NCBI GenBank assembly: GCA_963662715.1
Contig: OY759724.1
Span: 2,820,001-2,852,000, forward strand
Length of the DNA: 32,000 nucleotides
Reading direction: 5' to 3'
Source of the DNA: Candidatus Omnitrophota bacterium
Lineage (GTDB): Bacteria; Omnitrophota; Gorgyraeia; Zapsychrales; JANLHA01
The position numbers were made by a program, and so were the translations under genes. Positions within the stretch are counted from its first letter, which is position 1. Every line of letters starts with the position of its first letter. Positions 18,973 to 27,091 of this stretch are shown here, one piece after another. Under the pieces are notes generated by a model, which did no database searches, was not told the origin of the DNA, and saw only the letters and a program-made list of their open reading frames with translations.

Positions 18973-19796
18973 TGGGGACGGCAGTTCAATGGAAGAAAGC
19001 AGGAGATTATCAGGATATCCGGTATGAGAAATACGAAGGGATCGCCAAGATAACGATTAACCGTCCGGAGGTGCGGAACGCCTTCCGTCCGTTAACGGTC
19101 GATGACATGTCCCGTGCCCTGCAGGACGCCCGGCACGATGAAAATATCGGAGTTGTTATCCTGACCGGGGAAGGGGAGAAAGCCTTTTGTTCCGGGGGGG
19201 ATCAGAAAATCCGCGGCGAAGCAGGATATAAAGATGAACAGGGGGTTCCCCGTTTGAACGTCCTGGATTTTCAAAGGCAGATCCGTACCTGTCCCAAACC
19301 CGTGATCGCCATGGTCGCCGGTTATGCGATCGGCGGGGGCCATGTGCTTCATATGTTATGTGACATCACTATCGCGGCCGATAACGCTGTTTTCGGTCAG
19401 ACGGGGCCGCGCGTCGGGTCTTTTGACGGGGGATACGGAGCTTCTTATATGGCGAGGATCGTCGGGCAGAAGAAAGCGCGGGAGATCTGGTTCCTGTGCC
19501 GGCAATATTCGGCCCGGGATGCTTTGGATATGGGCCTGGTGAATAAAGTCGTGCCGTATGCCGAACTGGAAACCGAGACCATTCAGTGGTGCCGGGATAT
19601 CTTAGCCCAGTCGCCTATCGCTATCCGCTGCCTCAAGGCTGCCCTTAACGCAGACTGCGACGGGCAGGCCGGTTTGCAGGAACTGGCCGGAAATGCTACG
19701 ATGCTGTTTTATATGACAGAAGAAGGGCAGGAGGGCCGGAATGCCTTTTTAGAAAAACGCTCTCCTCATTTTTCCAAATTCCCCAGGCGTGCCTGA
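18972..19796 (+). CDS. menB: 1,4-dihydroxy-2-naphthoyl-CoA synthase
   Basis: Crotonase fold with [23 protein letters not shown] and [15 protein letters not shown]. The start is trimmed to the ATG at 18972, which overlaps the helicase stop (TGATG). Confidence 0.95.
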   Translation: MGTAVQWKKAGDYQDIRYEKYEGIAKITINRPEVRNAFRPLTVDDMSRALQDARHDENIGVVILTGEGEKAFCSGGDQKIRGEAGYKDEQGVPRLNVLDFQRQIRTCPKPVIAMVAGYAIGGGHVLHMLCDITIAADNAVFGQTGPRVGSFDGGYGASYMARIVGQKKAREIWFLCRQYSARDALDMGLVNKVVPYAELETETIQWCRDILAQSPIAIRCLKAALNADCDGQAGLQELAGNATMLFYMTEEGQEGRNAFLEKRSPHFSKFPRRA

Positions 19797-19859
19797 AAGA
19801 TGCCGGGGCCGGGTTTATGATGCCCGGGAGAATTTTTTCACAGGAGATGATAATTCAGA

Positions 19860-20744
19860 ATGACAATGTCGCCATGGAAAATTTGGACGCTCGCTATCCG
19901 CCCTAAGACTCTGCCGGCGGGAGCGGCGCCGGTGCTCTTGGGGTCGGCTATGGCCTGGGCTGACGGTGTCCACCACTGGCCGGCGGCGTTTATGGCTCTG
20001 GCCGGAGCCCTTTGTATACAGATCGGAACAAACCTGGCCAATGATTATTTTGATTTTAAGAAGGGCGCGGATACGGATGAACGCTTAGGTCCGTTACGCG
20101 TGACCCAGGCAGGCCTGGTTAAGCCGCGAGCCATGATCGCCGCGATTTTTTTCGTGTTTTCATTGGCGATAGGCGCGAGCCTTTGGCTGATCATGAGGGC
20201 GGGCTGGCCGGTCACTGTGATCGCTGTCCTGGCCATTTTATCAGGCCTATTTTATACCGCCGGGCCTTACCCGTTAGGCTACCTGGGGCTGGGCGAACTT
20301 TTTGTCTTTATTTTTTTCGGGCCGGTTGCCGTGGTCGGCTCCTATTATGTCCAGTCTTTTGAAATGCATGCCGGTGTTTTCTGGGCCGGATTAGCCGCCG
20401 GGTGTTTTTCCTCTGCCATTCTGGTGGTGAACAATTACCGTGATATCGATACAGACCGTGAATCGGGGAAGAAGACTCTTGCTGTGCGGTTCGGGCGGGC
20501 TTTCGCCCAGCGGGAATATTTCTGTCTTATGCTTGCCGGTTCCTTCCTGCCGGTCATTTTGTATTTGATCATTGACGACCACCGTTACATCCTTTTCAGC
20601 CCCCTGGTCCTGTTTTTTTCTCTGCCATGCATTCAAACCGTGATGACCAGGACGGACGGCCCCCGGTTGAACAGAGCTCTGGCGCAGACAGGACTGGTGC
20701 TTTTACTGTTTACCCTTATTTTTTCGATCGGATGGTCCCTATGA
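19860..20744 (+). CDS. menA: 1,4-dihydroxy-2-naphthoate polyprenyltransferase
   Basis: 294 aa, polytopic and hydrophobic, of the UbiA family. It carries NLANDYFDFKKGAD and NNYRDIDTD Asp-rich motifs. Confidence 0.9.
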   Translation: MTMSPWKIWTLAIRPKTLPAGAAPVLLGSAMAWADGVHHWPAAFMALAGALCIQIGTNLANDYFDFKKGADTDERLGPLRVTQAGLVKPRAMIAAIFFVFSLAIGASLWLIMRAGWPVTVIAVLAILSGLFYTAGPYPLGYLGLGELFVFIFFGPVAVVGSYYVQSFEMHAGVFWAGLAAGCFSSAILVVNNYRDIDTDRESGKKTLAVRFGRAFAQREYFCLMLAGSFLPVILYLIIDDHRYILFSPLVLFFSLPCIQTVMTRTDGPRLNRALAQTGLVLLLFTLIFSIGWSL

Positions 20745-21835
20745 TTATTAAATCTGCCGAATTGTTTTCCTATCATATCCCGCTCAAACAGCCCCTGTTG
20801 TTTTACGGTAAGAGCCTTTCCTCCAGGGAGGGGTATTTGATAAAACTGGTAGATGAATACGGCGCAGCCGGCTGGGGTGAAGCCGCACCTCTTCCCGGGT
20901 GCCATAAGGAGACGCTTTCGGATGTTCATGAGCAACTGAAGAATCTTGTGCATCTCCTGCGAAATCAGTCTTTTCACGAACCTATTGAAGACATGAGGAA
21001 AATTCGTGTCGCTGGCGTTCCTTTGACACAGTATTTGCCTACGGTTCAATGGGCTGTTGAGACCGCTTTGCTGACTCTGAAAGCTAATTCACAAGGCATT
21101 CCCTTGGCCCAGCTGATGGACCCTGACTATGGAAACGTTGTTCCCGTTAATGGATTCCTAACCGGCTCACTGCCGGACCTCAAGGCGCAGGCGCAATCCA
21201 TGATAGACCAGGGCTATAAAGCCGTCAAACTTAAAGTCGGGCAAAGGACGCTGCAGGAAGATGTTGAACGGGTGCAGGCGGTTAATCATGTTATTGAAAG
21301 CAAAGCTTTGCTGCGTATAGATGCGAACCGCTCCTGGCAGCTGCAGGAAGCGGTTGATTTTATCCGGCAGGTGGGCTTGAAGACCATTGAGTATATTGAG
21401 GAGCCGCTGAAAGATATTTCTCAGGTGAATGAGTTTTATCAGGAAACCTATATGCCTGTGGCCGTAGATGAATCGGTTCACGCATTGGATTTTAAGACGA
21501 TTCAGTCCATGGACGGGATTGAGATTCTTGTCGTTAAACCTTCCGTGTTCGGCAGTTACCGTAAAATTTGGGATGTTGTCCAGAATGCGAAAGCCCGGGG
21601 GCTCAGTGTTGTTTTCAACTCGGCGTTTGAATCAGGCTACGGGCTCACCGTGATCGCGCATATCGCTGCCTGCCTGAGCAAAAAAGTTCCGGCCGGCCTG
21701 GATACAGGAAAATTTTATCAGCAGGATTTACTGAAAGACAGATTAAACGTGTCTCACGCCAAAATCCTTCTGGATCAATACCCTTTATTGAATATCCGCT
21801 TCCACGAAGATTCTTTAGTGAAATGTGATGTCTGA
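20741..21835 (+). CDS. menC: o-succinylbenzoate synthase (enolase superfamily)
   Basis: Motifs are GWGEAAPLPG, KLKVG, RIDANRSW, IEEP and VDES (metal-ligand pattern). The start is the ATG overlapping the menA stop (ATGA); 20732 is an alternative. Confidence 0.85.
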   Translation: MIIKSAELFSYHIPLKQPLLFYGKSLSSREGYLIKLVDEYGAAGWGEAAPLPGCHKETLSDVHEQLKNLVHLLRNQSFHEPIEDMRKIRVAGVPLTQYLPTVQWAVETALLTLKANSQGIPLAQLMDPDYGNVVPVNGFLTGSLPDLKAQAQSMIDQGYKAVKLKVGQRTLQEDVERVQAVNHVIESKALLRIDANRSWQLQEAVDFIRQVGLKTIEYIEEPLKDISQVNEFYQETYMPVAVDESVHALDFKTIQSMDGIEILVVKPSVFGSYRKIWDVVQNAKARGLSVVFNSAFESGYGLTVIAHIAACLSKKVPAGLDTGKFYQQDLLKDRLNVSHAKILLDQYPLLNIRFHEDSLVKCDV

Positions 21836-23309
21836 AACATTCTCCTGCCCGATTAATCGCTCGGCTGAAGTTTATGGCCTCTTTCCGGCTGTTGTTTTTC
21901 CTGCGGGGACATATTCCTACAGGGAGTTAAACACTTTTGTGGAAGAGATCATCCGGTATTTGCAGGACATCGGGGCTGCGGATCCCCGGAAAGGCCGGAT
22001 CGCCGTTCAGTCAGGGCCTTCTGTTTTTGTGCTCGGACTCATCTTTGCCTGCTGGCGTCTCGGGTTAACCGTTTTTATGGCCCATACCCGATGGCCTCCC
22101 GGAAAGATAGGGAAGACGGCGCGGGAACTTGATTGCCAGATCCTTTTTGTCGATCAGGATAACCTGCCGAGCCAGGATCCTAAACTCCGGGTTTGTCTTT
22201 TAGATGAGCGTCTTCTCCCGGCCCGGGACACTTTTCCAAAGACCATTGAAAAAAGATATATCTCCCAAGATAGGCCGGCCGTGCTTCTCATGACGTCCGG
22301 CAGCACGTCAGCGCCCAAAGCGGCGTGTTTGTCTTATGGCAACTTGTATTATAATGCCCTCGGAAGCCAGGATGTGCTGCCGGTTCATCCCGAGGACCGC
22401 TGGCTGTTGTCTCTGCCTTTGTATCATGTGAGCGGGATAAGTCTGTTGTTAAGGACGTTTATTGCCGGGGGGACGGTTGTTCTGCCTTCCCCGGGAATCC
22501 CTCTGGAGACTCTGCTGAAGCAAGAAAAAATCACGCATGTTTCTTTGGTCCCTTCCCAACTTGTAAGACTGCTGGATGCCGCTGCTTGCACGTCGGCCCC
22601 CTGGTTTTTAAAGGCCGTGTTGTTAGGCGGCGCCCCGGCTGCCCCGGGCCTTGTCCGGAGAGCCCTGAAAAATCAAATCCCCCTTTATTTAACCTATGGC
22701 CTCACGGAAATGGGCTCCCAGGTGGCCACGAGTCCTGTTTGCGAGGCAGGGGAAGATGGGGACTTTAAAGCCGGGGTGCTGAAATACCGGCAGGTGAAAA
22801 TATCTCCGGACGGAGAAGTTCTCGTGCGGGGAGAAACGTTGTTCCTCGGGTATTTAAAAGGCCGCGAACTTGAAAGGCCGTTTCTTGAATCCGGATGGTT
22901 ACCGACCGGTGACTTAGGATCCCTTGACAGCAGCGGCTGTCTCCGGATATGGGGGCGAAAAGATAATATGTTTATCTGCGGCGGGGAAAACATTCAGCCG
23001 GAAGAAATTGAGAAAGCCCTGCTGGATACGGAAGAGGTTGTCCGCGCGGTCGTGGTCCCGGAGGGGCATCGGGAATACGGACAGGTTCCGGTGGCTTTTG
23101 TTGTCCTTCGAGACAGACAGAACATAATCCTTCCGGAGAAATTTGCGGACACTTTAAAAGCAGCCCTGCCTTCTTATAAAATTCCCAAATCTTATTATGC
23201 CCTCCCGGAAGAATTCGCAGCAGAAGGGAGCAAGGTTCCCCGCCGGGTGCTGAGAGAGTATTTATGCCACAAAAAGCAGGCCCTTCGGAGTATCCCTATC
23301 GCTTCTTAA
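21828..23309 (+). CDS. menE: o-succinylbenzoate--CoA ligase
   Basis: Adenylate-forming enzyme with MTSGSTSAPKA, YGLTE, TGDLG and the GRKDNMFICGGENI hinge. An ATG at 21828 follows a GTG at 21825. It overlaps the menC 3' end by 8 nt. Confidence 0.85.
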   Translation: MSETFSCPINRSAEVYGLFPAVVFPAGTYSYRELNTFVEEIIRYLQDIGAADPRKGRIAVQSGPSVFVLGLIFACWRLGLTVFMAHTRWPPGKIGKTARELDCQILFVDQDNLPSQDPKLRVCLLDERLLPARDTFPKTIEKRYISQDRPAVLLMTSGSTSAPKAACLSYGNLYYNALGSQDVLPVHPEDRWLLSLPLYHVSGISLLLRTFIAGGTVVLPSPGIPLETLLKQEKITHVSLVPSQLVRLLDAAACTSAPWFLKAVLLGGAPAAPGLVRRALKNQIPLYLTYGLTEMGSQVATSPVCEAGEDGDFKAGVLKYRQVKISPDGEVLVRGETLFLGYLKGRELERPFLESGWLPTGDLGSLDSSGCLRIWGRKDNMFICGGENIQPEEIEKALLDTEEVVRAVVVPEGHREYGQVPVAFVVLRDRQNIILPEKFADTLKAALPSYKIPKSYYALPEEFAAEGSKVPRRVLREYLCHKKQALRSIPIAS

Positions 23310-23728
23310 TTCAGCACTGCCGTCTTTTCGTTGAGCCGGTTAAAAATCTCGCGCAGTTCCTGCGGGAATTTTATCTTTCCATTAGTTGCTTTGCTGACAG
23401 TGACGTGAATGATTTTTCCCCTGGCGACCATCATCCCTTCGGCGGACAAGACGTGAAATAATAACGTCAGGGAGGATTCCCCGATCCTGCCCAAAGACAT
23501 TTCAATCAGCAGTTTATCTCCGGTTTTGACCGGGATAAGGAAGTCCCCTTCGGCATGAACGACAGGCAGAGCATATGCTTTGCTGTGGAGCATTTCTTCT
23601 ATGCGGAACCCTTCTGATTTCAGAAAGGCCTCCAACGTGTCATGAAACAGGATGTAGAGGTTTGCGTAAAAGAAGGACTGTGCGGCGTCCATGTGGTACA
23701 TTCTGACGTTTGTGTGGTGTTGAAACAC
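23306..23728 (-). CDS. hotdog-fold (4HBT/YbgC-type) acyl-CoA thioesterase, probably 1,4-dihydroxy-2-naphthoyl-CoA hydrolase
   Basis: 140 aa. The N-terminus VRMYHMDAAQSFFYANLYILFHDTLEAFLKSEGF follows the 4HBT pattern (xxDTDAAGVVYFANxLxxxHEAYExxL) seen in cyanobacterial-type DHNA-CoA thioesterases. A GTG start is preceded by AAAGGAG at 7 nt. The gene is convergent with menE. Confidence 0.65.
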   Translation of the reverse strand: MFQHHTNVRMYHMDAAQSFFYANLYILFHDTLEAFLKSEGFRIEEMLHSKAYALPVVHAEGDFLIPVKTGDKLLIEMSLGRIGESSLTLLFHVLSAEGMMVARGKIIHVTVSKATNGKIKFPQELREIFNRLNEKTAVLN

Positions 23729-23844
23729 GTTCCGCTCCTTTCAGTGATCTTATATTCTAGCATTGATTTGAGATTGAAAGAACATAATTTTCCTCTCAAT
23801 CCTGTCAGCCATTGGTGTTTGTTTCATTATCATGCCAGAAGCAA

Positions 23845-23973
23845 GGGCCGGTTGTCCCGGTCCCCGCGTATTTGAAATGGGGAGTTTTTCCTGCCCCTAT
23901 CTGCCTGAGACGGCCTGGTTCTCCCACAAGATCGTGTGTTCCCCAGGACGGAGTGGAGCAGAGGGCTGTTTTT
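23845..23973 (+). ncRNA. candidate structured RNA (sRNA or 5' leader/attenuator) ending in a terminator-like hairpin plus U-run
   Basis: Hairpin 1 pairs GGGCCGG with CCGGuCCC (23845-23864). A long imperfect hairpin spans 23893-23966, built from GCCC/GGGC, UCUGC/GCAGA, CCUGG/CCAGG and an apical CACA/UGUG. UGUUUUU (23967-23973) follows. Competing CCCC/GGGG pairings exist at 23862-65, 23879-82 and 23894-97. No coding signal is visible. The strand assignment rests only on the U-run. Confidence 0.3.
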
Positions 23974-24022
23974 ATCTGTGATTTCAAGAATATAAATAAT
24001 CATTCTGTGGCAAAGGCGGGTA

Positions 24023-24031
24023 TGTTATAAT
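24023..24031 (+). promoter_or_regulatory. extended -10 promoter element for the 137-aa ORF
   Basis: TGTTATAAT (TGnTATAAT) lies 21 nt upstream of the ATG at 24052, and the GAGGAGG RBS sits between them. Confidence 0.4.
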
Positions 24032-24051
24032 TATAAAAAAGAGGAGGCGAT

Positions 24052-24465
24052 ATGCCCTGCCAGGACAGTTCTGCCAATATGATCATTAAATTGAATAATG
24101 ATGATCATTTGGATTATTTTTATTTTACAAAATTAGCTTGCGGAAGCCCTATTGATGCTCAGACAGGTTTTCAGGATTATTGTAAGGGGAAAAAGGCTTT
24201 GGAAATCCTTGATTTTGATTTTTCCGGTATTGTAAATGAGCTGGGGCTTGAAAATGAGGAGCAGCAATTTATTTTGTACTTGGAATGGGATGCCTTGCGT
24301 GCTTCTTTAGCCGCTTTTTTCGGAATAGAAAAAGACACGATTGATGCCGAACGTTGCCGGATTACTTCCATTAAGCATGATGAGGACGGCATCCTTATTT
24401 CAGAAATTGTTTTACCCCCGCGGGACCTTCCGGATTTGATCCCCTGTCATTTACGTTCTGATTGA
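24052..24465 (+). CDS. small hypothetical protein with a divergent IscU/NifU-N-like domain
   Basis: 137 aa with a strong RBS (GAGGAGG, 4 nt spacing). PCQDSSANMIIKL aligns with IscU ACGDVMKLQIKV. FTKLACGSPIDAQTGFQDYCKGKKALEIL aligns with IscU [28 protein letters not shown]. The third IscU Cys (HCS) is not conserved. The gene is visibly AT-richer than its flanks. Confidence 0.6.
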   Translation: MPCQDSSANMIIKLNNDDHLDYFYFTKLACGSPIDAQTGFQDYCKGKKALEILDFDFSGIVNELGLENEEQQFILYLEWDALRASLAAFFGIEKDTIDAERCRITSIKHDEDGILISEIVLPPRDLPDLIPCHLRSD

Positions 24466-24487
24466 AAATCTAGGGAAGAAGAGAGGC

Positions 24488-25000
24488 TTAGGTTTCTGAA
24501 TGACCTGAAGCCATAACGACTTTTCCGGTCCGCACCATTTCCAAAATACCGTATTTTTTCATTAAGGCTTCAAATTCATCCAGTTCAGTCGTCGATCCCG
24601 TTTGTTCAATGATCACGGTCTTGTCAGAATCATCCAGGATTTTTGTCCGGTATTTCTTCATTAATTTGAAAATGATGGGACGGTTGGTCGGGGTGCACTT
24701 GATCTTGATTAAAGCCAATTCCGTATGGACAGAATCCAGCCCGGTATGTTCGCTGGCGTGAATGACATCAATCAATTTATTCACTTGTTTAATGATCTGC
24801 TCTAATGTTTCCGGGTCGCCCTGGGCCGTGATCGTCATGCGGGAATAGCGGGGGTTATAGGCCGGTGACACAACCAAAGAGTCGATATTATAACCCCGCC
24901 TGGCAAAGACATGAGCGATGCGAACCAGAACCCCGGGTTTATTGGCTACGGTCATACTAATAGTATGGACATTTTTTCGTTCGGCGTTTTCAGATTGCAT
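24488..25000 (-). CDS. ilvN: acetolactate synthase small (regulatory) subunit
   Basis: 170 aa with the ACT domain HTISMTVANKPGVLVRIAHVFARRGYNIDSL. It starts 11 nt after ilvB and has an AGAGG RBS. Confidence 0.9.
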   Translation of the reverse strand: MQSENAERKNVHTISMTVANKPGVLVRIAHVFARRGYNIDSLVVSPAYNPRYSRMTITAQGDPETLEQIIKQVNKLIDVIHASEHTGLDSVHTELALIKIKCTPTNRPIIFKLMKKYRTKILDDSDKTVIIEQTGSTTELDEFEALMKKYGILEMVRTGKVVMASGHSET

Positions 25001-25011
25001 GATTAACCTCT

Positions 25012-26739
25012 TTATGTGCTGCCTGTTGGTTTTTCTAACTTTGTTTTTGGAGGTTCAATGATCATATGATAAGCAGATTTCCCTGCCGGCACCATAGGAA
25101 AGACATTGTCCTCCTTGATGACCTCGCAGTGAATCAGTGCCGGACCTTTATGCTTGAGGGCGGCCTGTAAGACTTTTTCCACTTCATTGACCTGGCCGAT
25201 ATGGAAGCCCTTCACCTGATAGGATTCCGCAAGTTTAACGAAATCAGGGTTCCCTTCCAGATCAACGCCGGAGAGCCTGTTGTCGAAAAACAGTTCCTGC
25301 CACTGGCGCACCATTCCCAAATATTTATTATCAATAACGATAATTTTAACCGGCAGTTTATGAATGAAAGCGGTTGCTAATTCGTATAATGTCATCTGAA
25401 AACCACCGTCACCCACAATCGCGGCAACAATTTCTTTCGGACGGCCGAACTGCGCTCCTAAGGCAGCCGGGAATCCATATCCCATGGTGCCCGCGCCACC
25501 GGAAGAAAGCCATTGATCGCTCCGGTCGCAAAGATAAAATTGCGCGGCCCACATTTGATGCTGTCCCACGTCCGTGATAACGATGGCTTTGCCTTTTGTC
25601 AGGCGGTAAAGCGTGTCTATAATAAACTGCGGGGTGAGGCCTTTGCTGTTGTCGTAATGAAGCGGGAATTCGGTTTTATAATACGCGACCTCTTTAACCC
25701 AGTCTTCCGTATTCAGCGGCGCAACATGTTTGATCAGCTCGTCAAGAATCAGTTTGGCGTCCCCGATTAAATAATTATCCGGCTTGATAATTTTCCCTAT
25801 TTCCGCCGGATCGATATCGATATGCAGTTTTTTGGCTCCTATACAGAATTCCTCGGTGTTGCCATTGATGCGGTCGTCAAAACGGGAGCCGATAGAGCAG
25901 ATAAGGTCGCAATTGATTAAGGCTTTGTTGGCATACGGCGTTCCGTGCATGCCGACCATCCCGAGAGCATAGGGATGGGTTTCCGGAAAGACGCCTTTGC
26001 CTAGAAGCGTGTCGATGACCGGCGCCCGGAGTTTTTCCGCCAGGGCTTTGACCTGGTGATCCGCTTTGGCGATAACCGCGCCGTGCCCCACTAATAAAAG
26101 AGGGCGTTTGGACCCTTTGAACAGTTTGGCAAACGCCTTGATGTCCTTGAGGGGAGGTTTTGTCGGCACAGAATAGCCCGGCAGATCCATAGCCGGGGAT
26201 AAGGTTTTGCCTGTGAAAGGCCCGGCGGAAACGTCTTTAGGCAGATCAATGAGAACAGGGCCGGGCCGGCCGGTATTAGAAATATAAAATGCTTCTTTGA
26301 TGATCCGGGGGATGTCATTGGTGTCTTTGACAAGATAACTGTGTTTAACCACCGGCATGGTGATTCCGGAAATGTCCGCTTCTTGAAAAGCGTCTTTCCC
26401 TAGCAGCGGCCGGATGGTTTGTCCGGTCAGGACAATGACCGGGACAGAATCCATCATCGCTGTCATGATGCCGGTCACGGCATTCGTGGCTCCGGGGCCG
26501 CTGGTAACACAGGCAACACCGGGTTTGCCTGTCACCCGGGCATAGCCGTCGGCCATATGAACCGCGGCCTGTTCATGCCGTACAAGGATCAGTTTTATTT
26601 TTGAATTTACGAGCGCGTCAAAGATGGGGATGACCGCTCCGCCGGAAAGGCCGAAAATATATTCAACCCCTTGAGCTTCCAAACATTGGATCAGGACTTC
26701 AGCGCCGTTGTACTGCTTTTTTGTGGATTTTTTTGCCAT
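25012..26739 (-). CDS. ilvB: acetolactate synthase large subunit (biosynthetic type)
   Basis: 575 aa ThDP/FAD enzyme with [35 protein letters not shown], the ThDP motif GDGGFQM...N and MVRQWQ. The ilvN gene follows. Confidence 0.95.
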   Translation of the reverse strand: MAKKSTKKQYNGAEVLIQCLEAQGVEYIFGLSGGAVIPIFDALVNSKIKLILVRHEQAAVHMADGYARVTGKPGVACVTSGPGATNAVTGIMTAMMDSVPVIVLTGQTIRPLLGKDAFQEADISGITMPVVKHSYLVKDTNDIPRIIKEAFYISNTGRPGPVLIDLPKDVSAGPFTGKTLSPAMDLPGYSVPTKPPLKDIKAFAKLFKGSKRPLLLVGHGAVIAKADHQVKALAEKLRAPVIDTLLGKGVFPETHPYALGMVGMHGTPYANKALINCDLICSIGSRFDDRINGNTEEFCIGAKKLHIDIDPAEIGKIIKPDNYLIGDAKLILDELIKHVAPLNTEDWVKEVAYYKTEFPLHYDNSKGLTPQFIIDTLYRLTKGKAIVITDVGQHQMWAAQFYLCDRSDQWLSSGGAGTMGYGFPAALGAQFGRPKEIVAAIVGDGGFQMTLYELATAFIHKLPVKIIVIDNKYLGMVRQWQELFFDNRLSGVDLEGNPDFVKLAESYQVKGFHIGQVNEVEKVLQAALKHKGPALIHCEVIKEDNVFPMVPAGKSAYHMIIEPPKTKLEKPTGST

Positions 26740-26848
26740 AGAACCCTCAGTATAAATATTATATTATAAATAAAACGAGTTTCATCTTATCAAAACCACT
26801 CCGGGAATGCAAGTTTTTTTACCCCGGCGGAGAGTTGCCATGGACAGA

Positions 26849-27088
26849 TTAAACAGAACGATTTTCTCTCAGCCAGTCCACAATCAGATCTGATTCATAC
26901 AGCGCTTCTCCGTTAATGAGCAGGCAAGGGACCTGGGTCTTCCCGCCTATTTCAAGAAGTTCTCTGCGGAATTCGCTGTTTTGATCAATATCCTTAAGCG
27001 GCAGTTCAATGCCTTGCGTGTCCATGAATTGGAGGACTTTTTGACAAAAAGGACAGGTCGGTTTGTAAAATAGCAGCAACTCGTTCAT
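26849..27088 (-). CDS. glutaredoxin-family protein
   Basis: 79 aa with the CPFC active site in LLFYKPTCPFCQKV and TQVPCLLING (cis-Pro region). AAGGAG lies 6 nt upstream. It starts 3 nt after gshB. Confidence 0.85.
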   Translation of the reverse strand: MNELLLFYKPTCPFCQKVLQFMDTQGIELPLKDIDQNSEFRRELLEIGGKTQVPCLLINGEALYESDLIVDWLRENRSV

Positions 27089-27091
27089 GAA

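Noticed and set aside
19194-19200. G7 homopolymer tracts inside coding regions (menB 19194-19200, thiC 7680-7686) as potential phase-variation switches.
   Set aside because: They simply encode Gly-Gly within conserved motifs (CSGGDQ in menB) of essential biosynthetic genes. There is no contingency-locus context.
19809-19838. A hairpin plus U6 between menB and menA (CCGGG-9 nt-CCCGG, then GAGAA, then TTTTTT).
   Set aside because: The stem is only 5 bp and is separated from the U-run by 5 nt. It sits in the middle of a pathway operon. At best it is a weak attenuator, which is not enough to call a terminator.
23890-23966. Possible SRP (4.5S) RNA or TPP riboswitch, suggested by GGUUCUCCC, CCAGGACGGAGUGGAGCAG and a CUGAGA hexamer.
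   Set aside because: The SRP helix-8 core (AGGUCCGGAAGGAAGCAG with a GNRA tetraloop) is not reproduced, and the CCAGG segment pairs with an upstream CCUGG instead of forming an apical loop. The TPP core CCUGAUCUGGAUAAUGCCAGCG is absent. The region is kept only as an unclassified structured element.
23877-23981. A 34-aa Cys-containing ORF (MGSFSCPYLPETAWFSHKIVCSPGRSGAEGCFYL) spans the structured intergenic region. The ORF-track ORFs 23812-24030 (+) and 23805-23987 (-) lie in the same region.
   Set aside because: There is no SD, and the longer ORFs use TTG starts. The reading frames run straight through the strongest RNA helices, and no family resemblance is visible.
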